Made by a program: the position numbers and the translations under genes
NCBI GenBank assembly: GCA_020846955.1
Contig: JADLCZ010000023.1
Span: 1-27,933 of the forward strand
Origin: Candidatus Nomurabacteria bacterium
GTDB taxonomy: Bacteria > Patescibacteriota > Minisyncoccia > Phycocordibacterales > UBA9973
DNA length: 27,933 nucleotides
Direction of reading: 5' to 3'
Shown: one piece after another, positions 7,413 to 16,060 of the stretch
Layout: each line of letters opens with the position of its first letter
Position numbering within the stretch: position 1 is the first letter of the stretch
The notes under the pieces: model-generated
The model's input: only the letters and a program-made list of their open reading frames with translations
What the model was told of the DNA's origin: nothing
Database searches by the model: none

Positions 7413-8507
7413 ATGAATATAATAATTTTTATAATAATATTGCTTGTTTTGGTTGTGTCCCATGAATTTGGGCATTTTATTGTTGCTAAAAAGGCGGGGA
7501 TACGGGTAGATGAATTTGCTTTTGGTTTCAAGCCACGACTTTGGAGTATTAAGAAAGGCGAGACTACATATAGTATCAATGCACTGCCTATTGGTGGATA
7601 TGTATCAATCTTTGGCGAGAACCCAAATGATGAGAATACAAATGGTCCAGACCGTGATAGGAGCTTCGTACATAAGCCAAAATATATCCAGGCACTAGTA
7701 CTTGTTGCAGGAGTTGTCATGAATTTCCTTGTAGCATGGTTACTATTTACAGTTGGGTTTATGACAGGATTACCATCATCTGTTACGAATGCGCCAGTTG
7801 GATCAAATATTACAAATGCTGAGCTTGCTGTAACGAGTGTATTGAAGGATTCTCCTGCAGAGATTGCTGGATTGAAAACTGGTGATAGGATAAAACAACT
7901 TTATGTTGTTGATGACATGACAGAAGTCCCATCTATCGAAAGCCTTAAATATTTTATTCGTAAACATAGTACAGAAAATATTACAGTTGAATTTACTCGT
8001 AAATCTACAGAGATGAAAACAAATATTGTACCAAAGGCCGGACTTGTAGAAGGTGAGGCAGGGATTGGAATTGGTATGGATATGATTGGGACTTTGAAAT
8101 TACCTATACACAAAGCACTATGGCAGGGATTGAAATTATCGGCAAATGTATTCGTAGCTACAGTTGTAGGATTCTATACACTAATACACAATGCTGTAAT
8201 CGGCCAGGGTGATATGTCAGCGGTGACTGGACCTGTAGGGATTGTGGGCGTTGTTGGTAATGCCATGAGCTTCGGTTTCGTTTATCTACTTTCATTTACG
8301 GCACTTATATCTATAAATCTTGCAGTTATAAATTTGATTCCATTTCCAGCTCTAGATGGTGGAAGATTACTATTCCTACTTATTGAAAAAATAAAGGGTT
8401 CAAGAATAAAACCTAAAATTGCAAACGTAGTAAATTTTATCGGATTTTGCCTATTGATGCTTTTGATGATTGTTGTAACTTTCAATGACATTAAAAAATT
8501 GTTTTAA
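7413..8507 (+). CDS. rseP: RIP metalloprotease RseP (peptidase M50 with a PDZ domain)
   Basis: HEFGH zinc motif, PIGGYV, AGVVMN, PDZ-like SPAEIAGLKTGD, GPVGI and NLIPFPALDGG. Confidence 0.95.
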   Translation: MNIIIFIIILLVLVVSHEFGHFIVAKKAGIRVDEFAFGFKPRLWSIKKGETTYSINALPIGGYVSIFGENPNDENTNGPDRDRSFVHKPKYIQALVLVAGVVMNFLVAWLLFTVGFMTGLPSSVTNAPVGSNITNAELAVTSVLKDSPAEIAGLKTGDRIKQLYVVDDMTEVPSIESLKYFIRKHSTENITVEFTRKSTEMKTNIVPKAGLVEGEAGIGIGMDMIGTLKLPIHKALWQGLKLSANVFVATVVGFYTLIHNAVIGQGDMSAVTGPVGIVGVVGNAMSFGFVYLLSFTALISINLAVINLIPFPALDGGRLLFLLIEKIKGSRIKPKIANVVNFIGFCLLMLLMIVVTFNDIKKLF

Positions 8508-8524
8508 AATATAAATATTTTTGC

Positions 8525-8553
8525 TTGTAATGTCAATTTTTTTGTGATATAGT
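8525..8553 (+). promoter_or_regulatory. Sigma70-type promoter of typA
   Basis: TTGTAA (8525-8530), 17 nt, TATAGT (8548-8553), with TG at 8545-8546. Confidence 0.55.
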
Positions 8554-8606
8554 GCTTGCATAACAACCCTCGCCTTAAGGCGATTTATTTTTTAACAAAA
8601 TTAAGT

Positions 8607-10403
8607 ATGGAAATTAGAAACATCGCAATTATAGCTCACGTGGACCATGGCAAGACAACTCTTACAGATGAGTTGATGAAGCAGTGCGGAATGAATGATG
8701 CAGGACTTACAATGGATTCCAATGCTCTTGAACAAGAGCGGGGTATTACCATTTACTCCAAAAATACTTCTGTTAATTACAAAGGTACAAAGATCAATAT
8801 AGTGGATACACCAGGTCACGCGGACTTTGGCTCGGAAGTGGAGCGTGTGTTGCGTGCCATTGACTCTGTGTTATTACTCGTAGATGCACAAGAGGGCCCA
8901 ATGCCACAGACTCGCTTCGTATTGAAGAAGTCTCTTGAGCTTGGACTCAAGCCTATTGTCGTGATAAATAAAATAGACAAACCAGCTGCCAATCCTGATC
9001 GTGTACACGAAGAAGTATTGGAATTATTTTTAGAATTGGGAGCCAATGAAGAACAAATAGACTTCAAGACAATCTATGCAATTGGAAGGCAAGGTATAGC
9101 AAAGAGGAATATGTCAGATGACTCAAAAGATCTGACTCCACTCCTTGATCTAGTACTCGAAGATGTCCCAGAAGCTTCAAAGAACCCAGAGGATCCTTTT
9201 GTTGCACAAGTATTTAATCTTGGTTATGACAATTTCCTTGGCCGTTTGGCTATTGTGCGAGCATACAGTGGTTCTATTAAGTCAGGATCAACTATTTTTG
9301 TAAAGAAGCCAGATGGCGAGACTCGTACTGCCAAGATTACAAAGATGTTTACATTTCATGGTATTGCCCGTAAAGATGCCGATGTGTTAACAACAGGTGA
9401 CATTGCAATCGTAGCAGGAATCCCTGATGTATTTATCGGAGAGACAATTTCTATAAATGCAGATGCAAATCCTATGCCATCTATTGCTATCGACGAGCCG
9501 ACAATCTCTTTGAACTTTTTAGTGAACGACTCACCATTTGCAGGACGAGAAGGTAAATTTGTTACAGGAAGACAGATTCGTGAAAGACTCGAAAAAGAGC
9601 TTGAAATAAACGTAGGATTGAAAATTAATTTTGATGGTACAGACCAAGAAGAAATGCAAGAAGGGTATCTTGTGTACGGCCGTGGAGAGTTGCATATCGC
9701 CGTGTTGCTTGAAAACATGCGCCGCGAAGGATATGAGCTACAAGTATCTCAACCACATGTAATCATCAAAGAAGAAAATGGTAAAAAGCTAGAGCCATAC
9801 GAAGAAGTGACTATAGATGTAAGAAGTGAGTTCTCTGGAACTGTAATAGAAAAACTTTCTCAAAGAAAAGGAATTTTAACAAGCATGAATGAAAAAGAAG
9901 GTATTACTCGAATCTTAATAGAAATTCCAACCCGTGGACTTCTTGGTTATCGTGGACAATTCGTTGTGGATACAAAAGGTGAAGGATTACTCTCATCACA
10001 ATTTATAGGATTCAAAAATTATGCAGGTGAGATCAAGAAACGTGATGTCGGATCAATGACAAGTATGACCAGTGGTATGGCTGTTGCTTTTGCTCTATGG
10101 AATCTTCAAGAACGTGGATTATTGTATGTAGATCATGGTACAGAAGTATACGAAGGTATGGTTATTGGTAATGTCACAAAGGGGGACGAAATGGCAGTGA
10201 ATCCGATCAAAGGTAAACAACTTACTAACATGCGAGCAAGTGGTACTGATGAAGCTGTGAATGTGAAGCCACCGTATACACTATCTATTGAGCGCGGTTT
10301 GGAAATTATCGCTGATGATGAATACCTAGAAATTACTCCAAAAAGCGTCCGCTTGAGAAAAAAGTTCCTTACAGAACAAGCTCGGTCAAAGAATAAACGA
10401 TAA
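8607..10403 (+). CDS. typA: Translational GTPase TypA/BipA
   Basis: RNIAIIAHVDHGKTTL, ERGITI, DTPGHADF, NKID, GRGELH, PTRGLLG and LEITPKSVRLRK. Start moved to ATG 8607 (MEIRN). Confidence 0.97.
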   Translation: MEIRNIAIIAHVDHGKTTLTDELMKQCGMNDAGLTMDSNALEQERGITIYSKNTSVNYKGTKINIVDTPGHADFGSEVERVLRAIDSVLLLVDAQEGPMPQTRFVLKKSLELGLKPIVVINKIDKPAANPDRVHEEVLELFLELGANEEQIDFKTIYAIGRQGIAKRNMSDDSKDLTPLLDLVLEDVPEASKNPEDPFVAQVFNLGYDNFLGRLAIVRAYSGSIKSGSTIFVKKPDGETRTAKITKMFTFHGIARKDADVLTTGDIAIVAGIPDVFIGETISINADANPMPSIAIDEPTISLNFLVNDSPFAGREGKFVTGRQIRERLEKELEINVGLKINFDGTDQEEMQEGYLVYGRGELHIAVLLENMRREGYELQVSQPHVIIKEENGKKLEPYEEVTIDVRSEFSGTVIEKLSQRKGILTSMNEKEGITRILIEIPTRGLLGYRGQFVVDTKGEGLLSSQFIGFKNYAGEIKKRDVGSMTSMTSGMAVAFALWNLQERGLLYVDHGTEVYEGMVIGNVTKGDEMAVNPIKGKQLTNMRASGTDEAVNVKPPYTLSIERGLEIIADDEYLEITPKSVRLRKKFLTEQARSKNKR

Positions 10404-10449
10404 ATAAAACCTTTATTTTACAATGTTATTTACATTATGCAATAGAGAG

Positions 10450-10478
10450 TTGACTTTATACGATAGTAATGATATTAT
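10450..10478 (+). promoter_or_regulatory. Sigma70-type promoter
   Basis: TTGACT, 17 nt, TATTAT, with TG at 10470-10471. Confidence 0.6.
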
Positions 10479-10517
10479 AGAAAAAGTAATTTATTATAAA
10501 TATTAAAAAATAATCAA

Positions 10518-11552
10518 ATGCCAAACCATACAATTAGTTTCAAGCCAAAACAAGTTACAAAAAGAATTCTTTCAGGGCTCCCTGAACGTGCAAATAAAGT
10601 AGTTGTGCGTCGTTTTGGCCTTGGTGACAAACCTGAGCGTATGACACTTGAAGCTATTGGTCAAACTTATGGTATTACTCGTGAACGTGTTCGTCAGATA
10701 GAGAATGCAGCATTGACCCTTATCCGTAAATCAGAGAGTTACAAGAACGAAAAAGCTACTTTTGAAGAATTAAAAAATATAGTACACGAACTAGGTGCTA
10801 TTGTTTCCGAAGACGATTTACTTGGGCATGTATCCAAGGATCCTCAGGTTCAGAATCACATACACCTTTACTTAACATTGGGTGATGATTTCAAAAAAGA
10901 AAAGGAGGATGAACATTTCAAATCTCGATGGAGTGTGAATAGTGACGTATCTACTGCTGTGCATTCAGCTCTCAAGAATTTGTACGCGAACTTGTCCGAT
11001 GATGAATTAGTTTCTGAAACTGATCTTGTTAATCGTTTCCTAGAAGAGGTAAAAGATTTGTCCGAGAAATACCGCAATGAAGAGATTGCAAAAAGATGGT
11101 TATCAATATCAAAATCAATCACAAAGAATCCTCTTGGTGAATGGGGTAAATCTACATCTGCAAATATCAAGACTCGTGGGATCAAGGATTATGCATTCCT
11201 TATGATGCGCAAACACGGTAGCCCAATGCACTTCCGAGAAGTTGCCAAAGCAATTACTGATACATTTAACAAAAAGACTCATACAGCAACCTGCCACAAC
11301 GAGCTGATAAAGGACTCTAGATTCGTACTTGTTGGCCGTGGTATATACGCTCTGAAGGAATGGGGATACAAGACTGGAGTCGTCCGAGATGTTATTAAGG
11401 AATTGATTAAAAAGAATGGACCAATGACAAAAGAAGATATAGTTGAGCAAGTCATGAAGGAGAGATATCTAAAGAAGAATACAATTCTAGTAAATCTACA
11501 AAACTCAAAATATTTCAAAAAGAATAAACAAGGTCAGTACGGTATAGCCTAA
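10518..11552 (+). CDS. Protein with a sigma70 region-4-like HTH and C-terminal winged-helix (HARE-HTH/RpoE-delta-like) domains
   Basis: RRFGL...TLEAIGQTYGITRERVRQIE is a sigma region 4 HTH. PMHFREVA...HNELI...RFVLVGRGIYAL is winged-helix-like. No sigma region 2 is visible. Confidence 0.7.
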   Translation: MPNHTISFKPKQVTKRILSGLPERANKVVVRRFGLGDKPERMTLEAIGQTYGITRERVRQIENAALTLIRKSESYKNEKATFEELKNIVHELGAIVSEDDLLGHVSKDPQVQNHIHLYLTLGDDFKKEKEDEHFKSRWSVNSDVSTAVHSALKNLYANLSDDELVSETDLVNRFLEEVKDLSEKYRNEEIAKRWLSISKSITKNPLGEWGKSTSANIKTRGIKDYAFLMMRKHGSPMHFREVAKAITDTFNKKTHTATCHNELIKDSRFVLVGRGIYALKEWGYKTGVVRDVIKELIKKNGPMTKEDIVEQVMKERYLKKNTILVNLQNSKYFKKNKQGQYGIA

Positions 11553-11560
11553 AGATCTAA

Positions 11561-11598
11561 ATAATAAAAAGCTCCCAAATTTGGGAGTTTTTTATTAT
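11561..11598. terminator. Bidirectional intrinsic terminator
   Basis: ATAATAAAAA-G-CTCCCAAATTTGGGAG-T-TTTTTATTAT, an extended inverted repeat with A and T tails. Confidence 0.8.
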
Positions 11599-11603
11599 TA
11601 ATA

Positions 11604-11612
11604 TGATATAAT
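11604..11612 (+). promoter_or_regulatory. Extended -10 promoter
   Basis: TG-A-TATAAT, 11 nt before ATG 11624. Confidence 0.55.
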
Positions 11613-11623
11613 ATTCTATACAT

Positions 11624-12916
11624 ATGTTAGGGGAATTTTTTGCAAATCATAATATTATAAATATCATAATCATAATAATTGGTTATCTTATGCCGTTGCC
11701 ACTTTCGTATGTAGCATTTCATTTCTGGCATCATTATAGAACTGAAAGATTCATCGCAGGTATGAAATGGACATTACTTGAGGTACAAGTCCCGCGTGAG
11801 GTCAATAAATCTCCTTCAGCAATGGAATTAATATTTACTAATGCATTTTTCCACAAGAGTGGTAAAGGATTCTGGGAGCAATATATTCAAGGTGCACCAT
11901 GGATGTGGTTTTCTTTGGAAATGGTTGGTATTGATGGCAAGGTGCATTTCTATATTCGTACTCCTAGTCGTATAAGAGGATTAGTAGAAACGCAAATATA
12001 TGCTCAGTACCCTCAAGCAAAGGTAATAGAATCCGAGGACTATGTCTTCCATGTACCAAAGATCACTAAGCATGGTAATTGGTATATGTGGGGTTGTGAA
12101 TACAAGAAGGCACTTCATGACGCACGCCCTATCAAGACGTACCGCGATATGGAAGAAATGGAAAGTGGCACAAAAGAAGAGTATAAAGTCGACCCGATTA
12201 CACCCGTGATAGAATTCCTCGGATCACTTGCAAAAGGTGAGCAAGTTTGGATACAGATTATTGTGCGTCAAACTCTTAAGAAGTACCACAGTCATAAATT
12301 AAAAAAGCATGTTGATTTCTATACTGCGGCCCAGGAGCACTTGGATGAGCTATTGGCCCCGTACACAAAGGTTGGTAAGGGTGGAGGATTGGGAGGCAGA
12401 GATTCACTCGAAGTTCGTGCACCGGCATATCTTGACCCTGTTATTAAGAAGAGTGTTAGAAATCTAGAAGAGGTACATTTCGATTGTGGTATACGTGTTG
12501 TGACATTGGCCAATAAGCAATATGTCTCTGAAGCAAATTTCAACAATCTACGCCGAAATTCTCGTTTGATATGGCGTCAATATGCATCTCCTTCTCTCAA
12601 TGAGCTTGAGCGTTTCAATTCGACTCAGTTCGATTCACCATTTGCTGATCCAACTGGACTTGTTTTAACTAAAATGAAGGCCCGCATGGTCAACTTCTAT
12701 AGACTTAGAGTTATGTTCCATCCACCGCTACAATACAGCTTCAAATACCACCCACTTATTAAGACTTTCTTTCCTTCAGGAAGTCCAGAAATTTTCGTAA
12801 TGAGTTCTGAAGAATTGGCAACCATTTTCCACTTCCCAGGTATGGTATCGGAGGCTCCTACATTCAAGCGTGTGGAGTCAAAGATAGCAAAGCCACCATC
12901 AAATTTGCCCTCATAA
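11624..12916 (+). CDS. Membrane-anchored conserved hypothetical protein of the type usually partnered with or fused to VirD4/HerA-like ATPases
   Basis: N-terminal transmembrane helix, then LLEVQVP, FSLEM, IYAQYP, PIKTY and EELATIFHFP. No P-loop is present. Confidence 0.55.
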   Translation: MLGEFFANHNIINIIIIIIGYLMPLPLSYVAFHFWHHYRTERFIAGMKWTLLEVQVPREVNKSPSAMELIFTNAFFHKSGKGFWEQYIQGAPWMWFSLEMVGIDGKVHFYIRTPSRIRGLVETQIYAQYPQAKVIESEDYVFHVPKITKHGNWYMWGCEYKKALHDARPIKTYRDMEEMESGTKEEYKVDPITPVIEFLGSLAKGEQVWIQIIVRQTLKKYHSHKLKKHVDFYTAAQEHLDELLAPYTKVGKGGGLGGRDSLEVRAPAYLDPVIKKSVRNLEEVHFDCGIRVVTLANKQYVSEANFNNLRRNSRLIWRQYASPSLNELERFNSTQFDSPFADPTGLVLTKMKARMVNFYRLRVMFHPPLQYSFKYHPLIKTFFPSGSPEIFVMSSEELATIFHFPGMVSEAPTFKRVESKIAKPPSNLPS

Positions 12917-12919
12917 TTT

Positions 12920-13834
12920 ATGTCAGAAATAATTATATCCGAAGAGTATATAAACAAGCGAAAGAAAATTCGTTTGTTTGTGATTTTTGGATCAATATTA
13001 TTTATTTTAATATTATTCTATTTTTTTGTTATTAGGGGGACTAAAATAGAAAAACCAATCATTATTCATATTTCAAAAGGTGACACAATTGAAAATATTG
13101 CTCTAGAATTGGATAACAAAGGAATAATTCGTTCTGCATTATTTCTACAATCTTTCATCGCATTTATTGGCGGAGATGAGAAAATAAATTTGGGTGATTA
13201 CTATTTTGACAAGAGAATATCACTACCGCGTGTTGCGTATAGATTAGCACGTGGTATTCACAATATAGAGCCCCTGAAGATTACAATTCCTGAAGGAAGT
13301 AACAACAAGGAGATCGCTATAATACTTGGTAAGAAATTGCCTGACTTTGATACCGAATTATTCTTGAATTCAGTTGATAATCTTCAAGGCAGACTTTTCC
13401 CTGATACTTATTTCTTCTATCCGATGACAAAAATAGATGAAATAGTGAATCTACTTTCAAATACATTTAATCGTAAGACTAAGGAAATTCTAAATACTGG
13501 CTACAAAAATTATAATTCCAATCAAATACTTACAATGGCATCTATTGTCGAGGAAGAATCAAAAGGGAATGGTGATCGTGATATTATCGCAGGAATTTTA
13601 TGGAAGAGGTTAGAGAAGGGTATGCTGCTACAAGTAGATGTTGCACCAGAGACATATAAAATAAGGGGTTTGCCAGCATACCCAATTACTAATTTTGGAC
13701 TTCAAACGCTAGCGGCAACAGTTAATCCAAAAGAAACTGTATACCTTTTCTATCTACACGATAAAGATGGTATGATACATCTGGCGAAAACATACACTGA
13801 ACATAAAAGTAACATTAAGAAATACCTAAAATGA
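12920..13834 (+). CDS. mltG: Endolytic transglycosylase MltG (YceG-like)
   Basis: N-terminal transmembrane helix, ITIPEG, GRLFPDTY, MASIVEEE with the catalytic Glu, RLEKGMLLQVD and YLFYLHD. Confidence 0.88.
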   Translation: MSEIIISEEYINKRKKIRLFVIFGSILFILILFYFFVIRGTKIEKPIIIHISKGDTIENIALELDNKGIIRSALFLQSFIAFIGGDEKINLGDYYFDKRISLPRVAYRLARGIHNIEPLKITIPEGSNNKEIAIILGKKLPDFDTELFLNSVDNLQGRLFPDTYFFYPMTKIDEIVNLLSNTFNRKTKEILNTGYKNYNSNQILTMASIVEEESKGNGDRDIIAGILWKRLEKGMLLQVDVAPETYKIRGLPAYPITNFGLQTLAATVNPKETVYLFYLHDKDGMIHLAKTYTEHKSNIKKYLK

Positions 13835-14379
13835 GACACCACAAATTAGCATTTATAGACACAGAAACAACAGGTTTCGACCCCGATACGCATGAGCTTA
13901 TTGAAATAGGTATAGTACTTGTCGACCAAGATTGGAGCGGTGTTAGGCCAGTTTTTACTATTTTAGAAGAATTAGAAATCAAGATAAAGCCAGTTCATAT
14001 TGAGAGCGCAGATCCAATTTCATTAAAGATTAATAAATATAAAAAGGAAGACTGGGTAGACGCAAAGAGTTTAAAAGAATCATTGAAAATATTAAATACA
14101 AAAATAAAAGATTCTATAATGGTGGCTCACAATCTGTGTTTCGATGCGAGCTTTATCGATAGAGCCTACAAACAAACTGGTATAAAGAACGAAATGCATT
14201 ATTTACGGATAGATACTATCACAATGGCATTTGCCAAATTGCACAATAGAGATGATATAGATAAATATTCACTACGAACATTGTGCGAATATTTCAAAAT
14301 AGAAAACAAGAATGCTCATACAGCACTCTCGGATGCACGAGCTTTGTTTGAACTTTATAAACATTTAATAAATATATGA
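13831..14379 (+). CDS. DEDDh 3'-5' exonuclease (DnaQ-like)
   Basis: Exo I FIDTETTG, Exo II AHNLCFD and Exo III HTALSDA. Confidence 0.9.
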   Translation: MRHHKLAFIDTETTGFDPDTHELIEIGIVLVDQDWSGVRPVFTILEELEIKIKPVHIESADPISLKINKYKKEDWVDAKSLKESLKILNTKIKDSIMVAHNLCFDASFIDRAYKQTGIKNEMHYLRIDTITMAFAKLHNRDDIDKYSLRTLCEYFKIENKNAHTALSDARALFELYKHLINI

Positions 14380-15272
14380 TACTAAAAACTCTCAAAACTA
14401 AAGATTATGAATTACTTGATTCAGGCAATGGACTCAAATTGGAGCGCTATGGCAAGATTGTTTTTTCCCGTCCTGACCCTGAAGCATTGTGGAATTGTAA
14501 TTTGGCTACTAGTATTTGGGATAATGCAGATGCAATTTTTATTCGTCGTGGGACAAAATCTGAATGGAATTTGAAAGCAAATGTCCCGCCAAAATGGGAT
14601 ATAGAATTTGGAGGATATAAATTCATCATCAAGCCGACATCTTTCAAGCATACAGGACTTTTTCCAGAGCAATTGGCCAATTGGGATTGGATGAAGAGCG
14701 TTATAGAGAGGTCGTACCTCAAAGGGGCCCGAGGTCCGACCTCTAAAACCGAACCCATTTCTGTATTAAATTTATTTGGTTACACCGGTGGTGCAACATT
14801 GGCTTGTGCCGACGCAGGGGCTGAAGTAACTCATGTAGATGGGTCTAGAACTGCTGTGGCTTGGGCACGTGAGAATGCTGAGCTATCGGGACTCGCAGAC
14901 AAACCTATACGCTGGATAATAGATGATTGTATTATGTATTTGAAAAGGGAAGTTAAAAGAGGGCGCAAATATGATGCAGTTCTTATGGATCCACCAGCAT
15001 TTGGTCATGGGCCCAAGGATGAGCTTTGGAAAATTGAAGAGCAATTTATGGAACTAATTGATTTATGCAAGCAAGTCCTTTCCGACAACCCATTATTTGT
15101 CCTTATAAACGGCTATACAGCAGGGTATTCACCAGTTGCGTATGAAAACGTGCTAAAAGGCATGATGAATGATTCAAAAGGCAGTATAGAGATTGGAGAG
15201 CTTGCAATAGCAGAATCAAGTAGCGACAGATTGTTACCATGCGGTATATTTGCTCGCTGGAGCAAAGAATAA
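14376..15272 (+). CDS. Class I SAM-dependent methyltransferase (RlmI/RlmK-like)
   Basis: KHTGLFPEQ, VLNLFGYTGG, HVDGS, WARENAELSG and MDPPAFG motifs. Confidence 0.88.
   Translation: MILKTLKTKDYELLDSGNGLKLERYGKIVFSRPDPEALWNCNLATSIWDNADAIFIRRGTKSEWNLKANVPPKWDIEFGGYKFIIKPTSFKHTGLFPEQLANWDWMKSVIERSYLKGARGPTSKTEPISVLNLFGYTGGATLACADAGAEVTHVDGSRTAVAWARENAELSGLADKPIRWIIDDCIMYLKREVKRGRKYDAVLMDPPAFGHGPKDELWKIEEQFMELIDLCKQVLSDNPLFVLINGYTAGYSPVAYENVLKGMMNDSKGSIEIGELAIAESSSDRLLPCGIFARWSKE
14707..14744. repeat. Inverted doublet of short REP-like palindromes inside the methyltransferase CDS
   Basis: GAGGTC-G-TACCTC (14708-14720) and GAGGTC-C-GACCTC (14731-14743), 10 nt apart, translated as RSYLKGARGPTS. 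Confidence 0.65.
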
Positions 15273-15329
15273 CACACCTTTACTTCATATTGTATTTGTG
15301 TTATTTTAGATTGAAATAAAGCAAATATT

Positions 15330-16001
15330 TTGAGAAAATCTGAAAACCGAGGACCGAGATCTAATAATGGATCTTACCTCAAAAGGCAAAAAGAACTTTT
15401 CAAGATATTTGAAAAGTTACAGAATTCGAAGCTAATTGAATCATTCAAAAAGCGTCCTACAGTTAAGGGTACTGATGTGCATGCATTTTCACTAAAACCT
15501 AAAAATATTACTGACGTGATACGTATCTATTTTGTTAAATCCTCAAAATTGTATGAGTTAACACTACAAGAAAGAAAGTCACATGAGTTAAGGATTAAAA
15601 TTGGTGATAAAGTTGTTCCAAATAAAATACTTTCTTTTGTTTCAGGTATCTTAAAACCACTAATTTTTGGTTTTAAGAACGAGAATGTTTTTTTGCGATG
15701 TTTTAATGAAGCAAAAAAGAGACTTTCAAAAAATAGTATTTCCCTTCAAACTGCTTCCACTAATGATGATAAAAGTGGAATTGATTTCTGGATTATCATC
15801 AACAAAAAAAAGATTCCACTTCAAATAAAGTACGTTTTTACTGATACTGATAAGCAGGAGTCAGTGTACTTTACAATTCCCACAATACTTTTTAAAACAG
15901 ATCGTTTTGGAAAATCGTTCGCAGACTACGAAGAGTTATACGAAAAGGTTAAAAGGATTGGAAGAGAATACTCAGAACTCAATAGAGTTCTCCATTTATA
16001 G
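15330..16001 (+). CDS. Hypothetical protein with a putative PD-(D/E)XK nuclease motif
   Basis: TTG start. The C-terminal half reads GFKNE...DDKSGIDFWI...PLQIK, matching the E...D...(Q)xK pattern. Confidence 0.5.
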   Translation: MRKSENRGPRSNNGSYLKRQKELFKIFEKLQNSKLIESFKKRPTVKGTDVHAFSLKPKNITDVIRIYFVKSSKLYELTLQERKSHELRIKIGDKVVPNKILSFVSGILKPLIFGFKNENVFLRCFNEAKKRLSKNSISLQTASTNDDKSGIDFWIIINKKKIPLQIKYVFTDTDKQESVYFTIPTILFKTDRFGKSFADYEELYEKVKRIGREYSELNRVLHL

Positions 16002-16036
16002 AAAAGTCGTCAGGATTATATATTCTGCGACTTTTT

Positions 16037-16045
16037 TGTTATAGT
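16037..16045 (+). promoter_or_regulatory. Extended -10 promoter of mnmA
   Basis: TG-T-TATAGT, 15 nt before ATG 16061. Confidence 0.45.
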
Positions 16046-16060
16046 ACCAATGTAAATAAA

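Noticed and set aside
3139-15291. Shared 11-mer TACTTCATATT upstream of mreB (3139-3149) and of ORF 15330 (15281-15291)
   Set aside because: It is short, AT-rich and at different distances from the -10 boxes, so it is plausibly coincidental.
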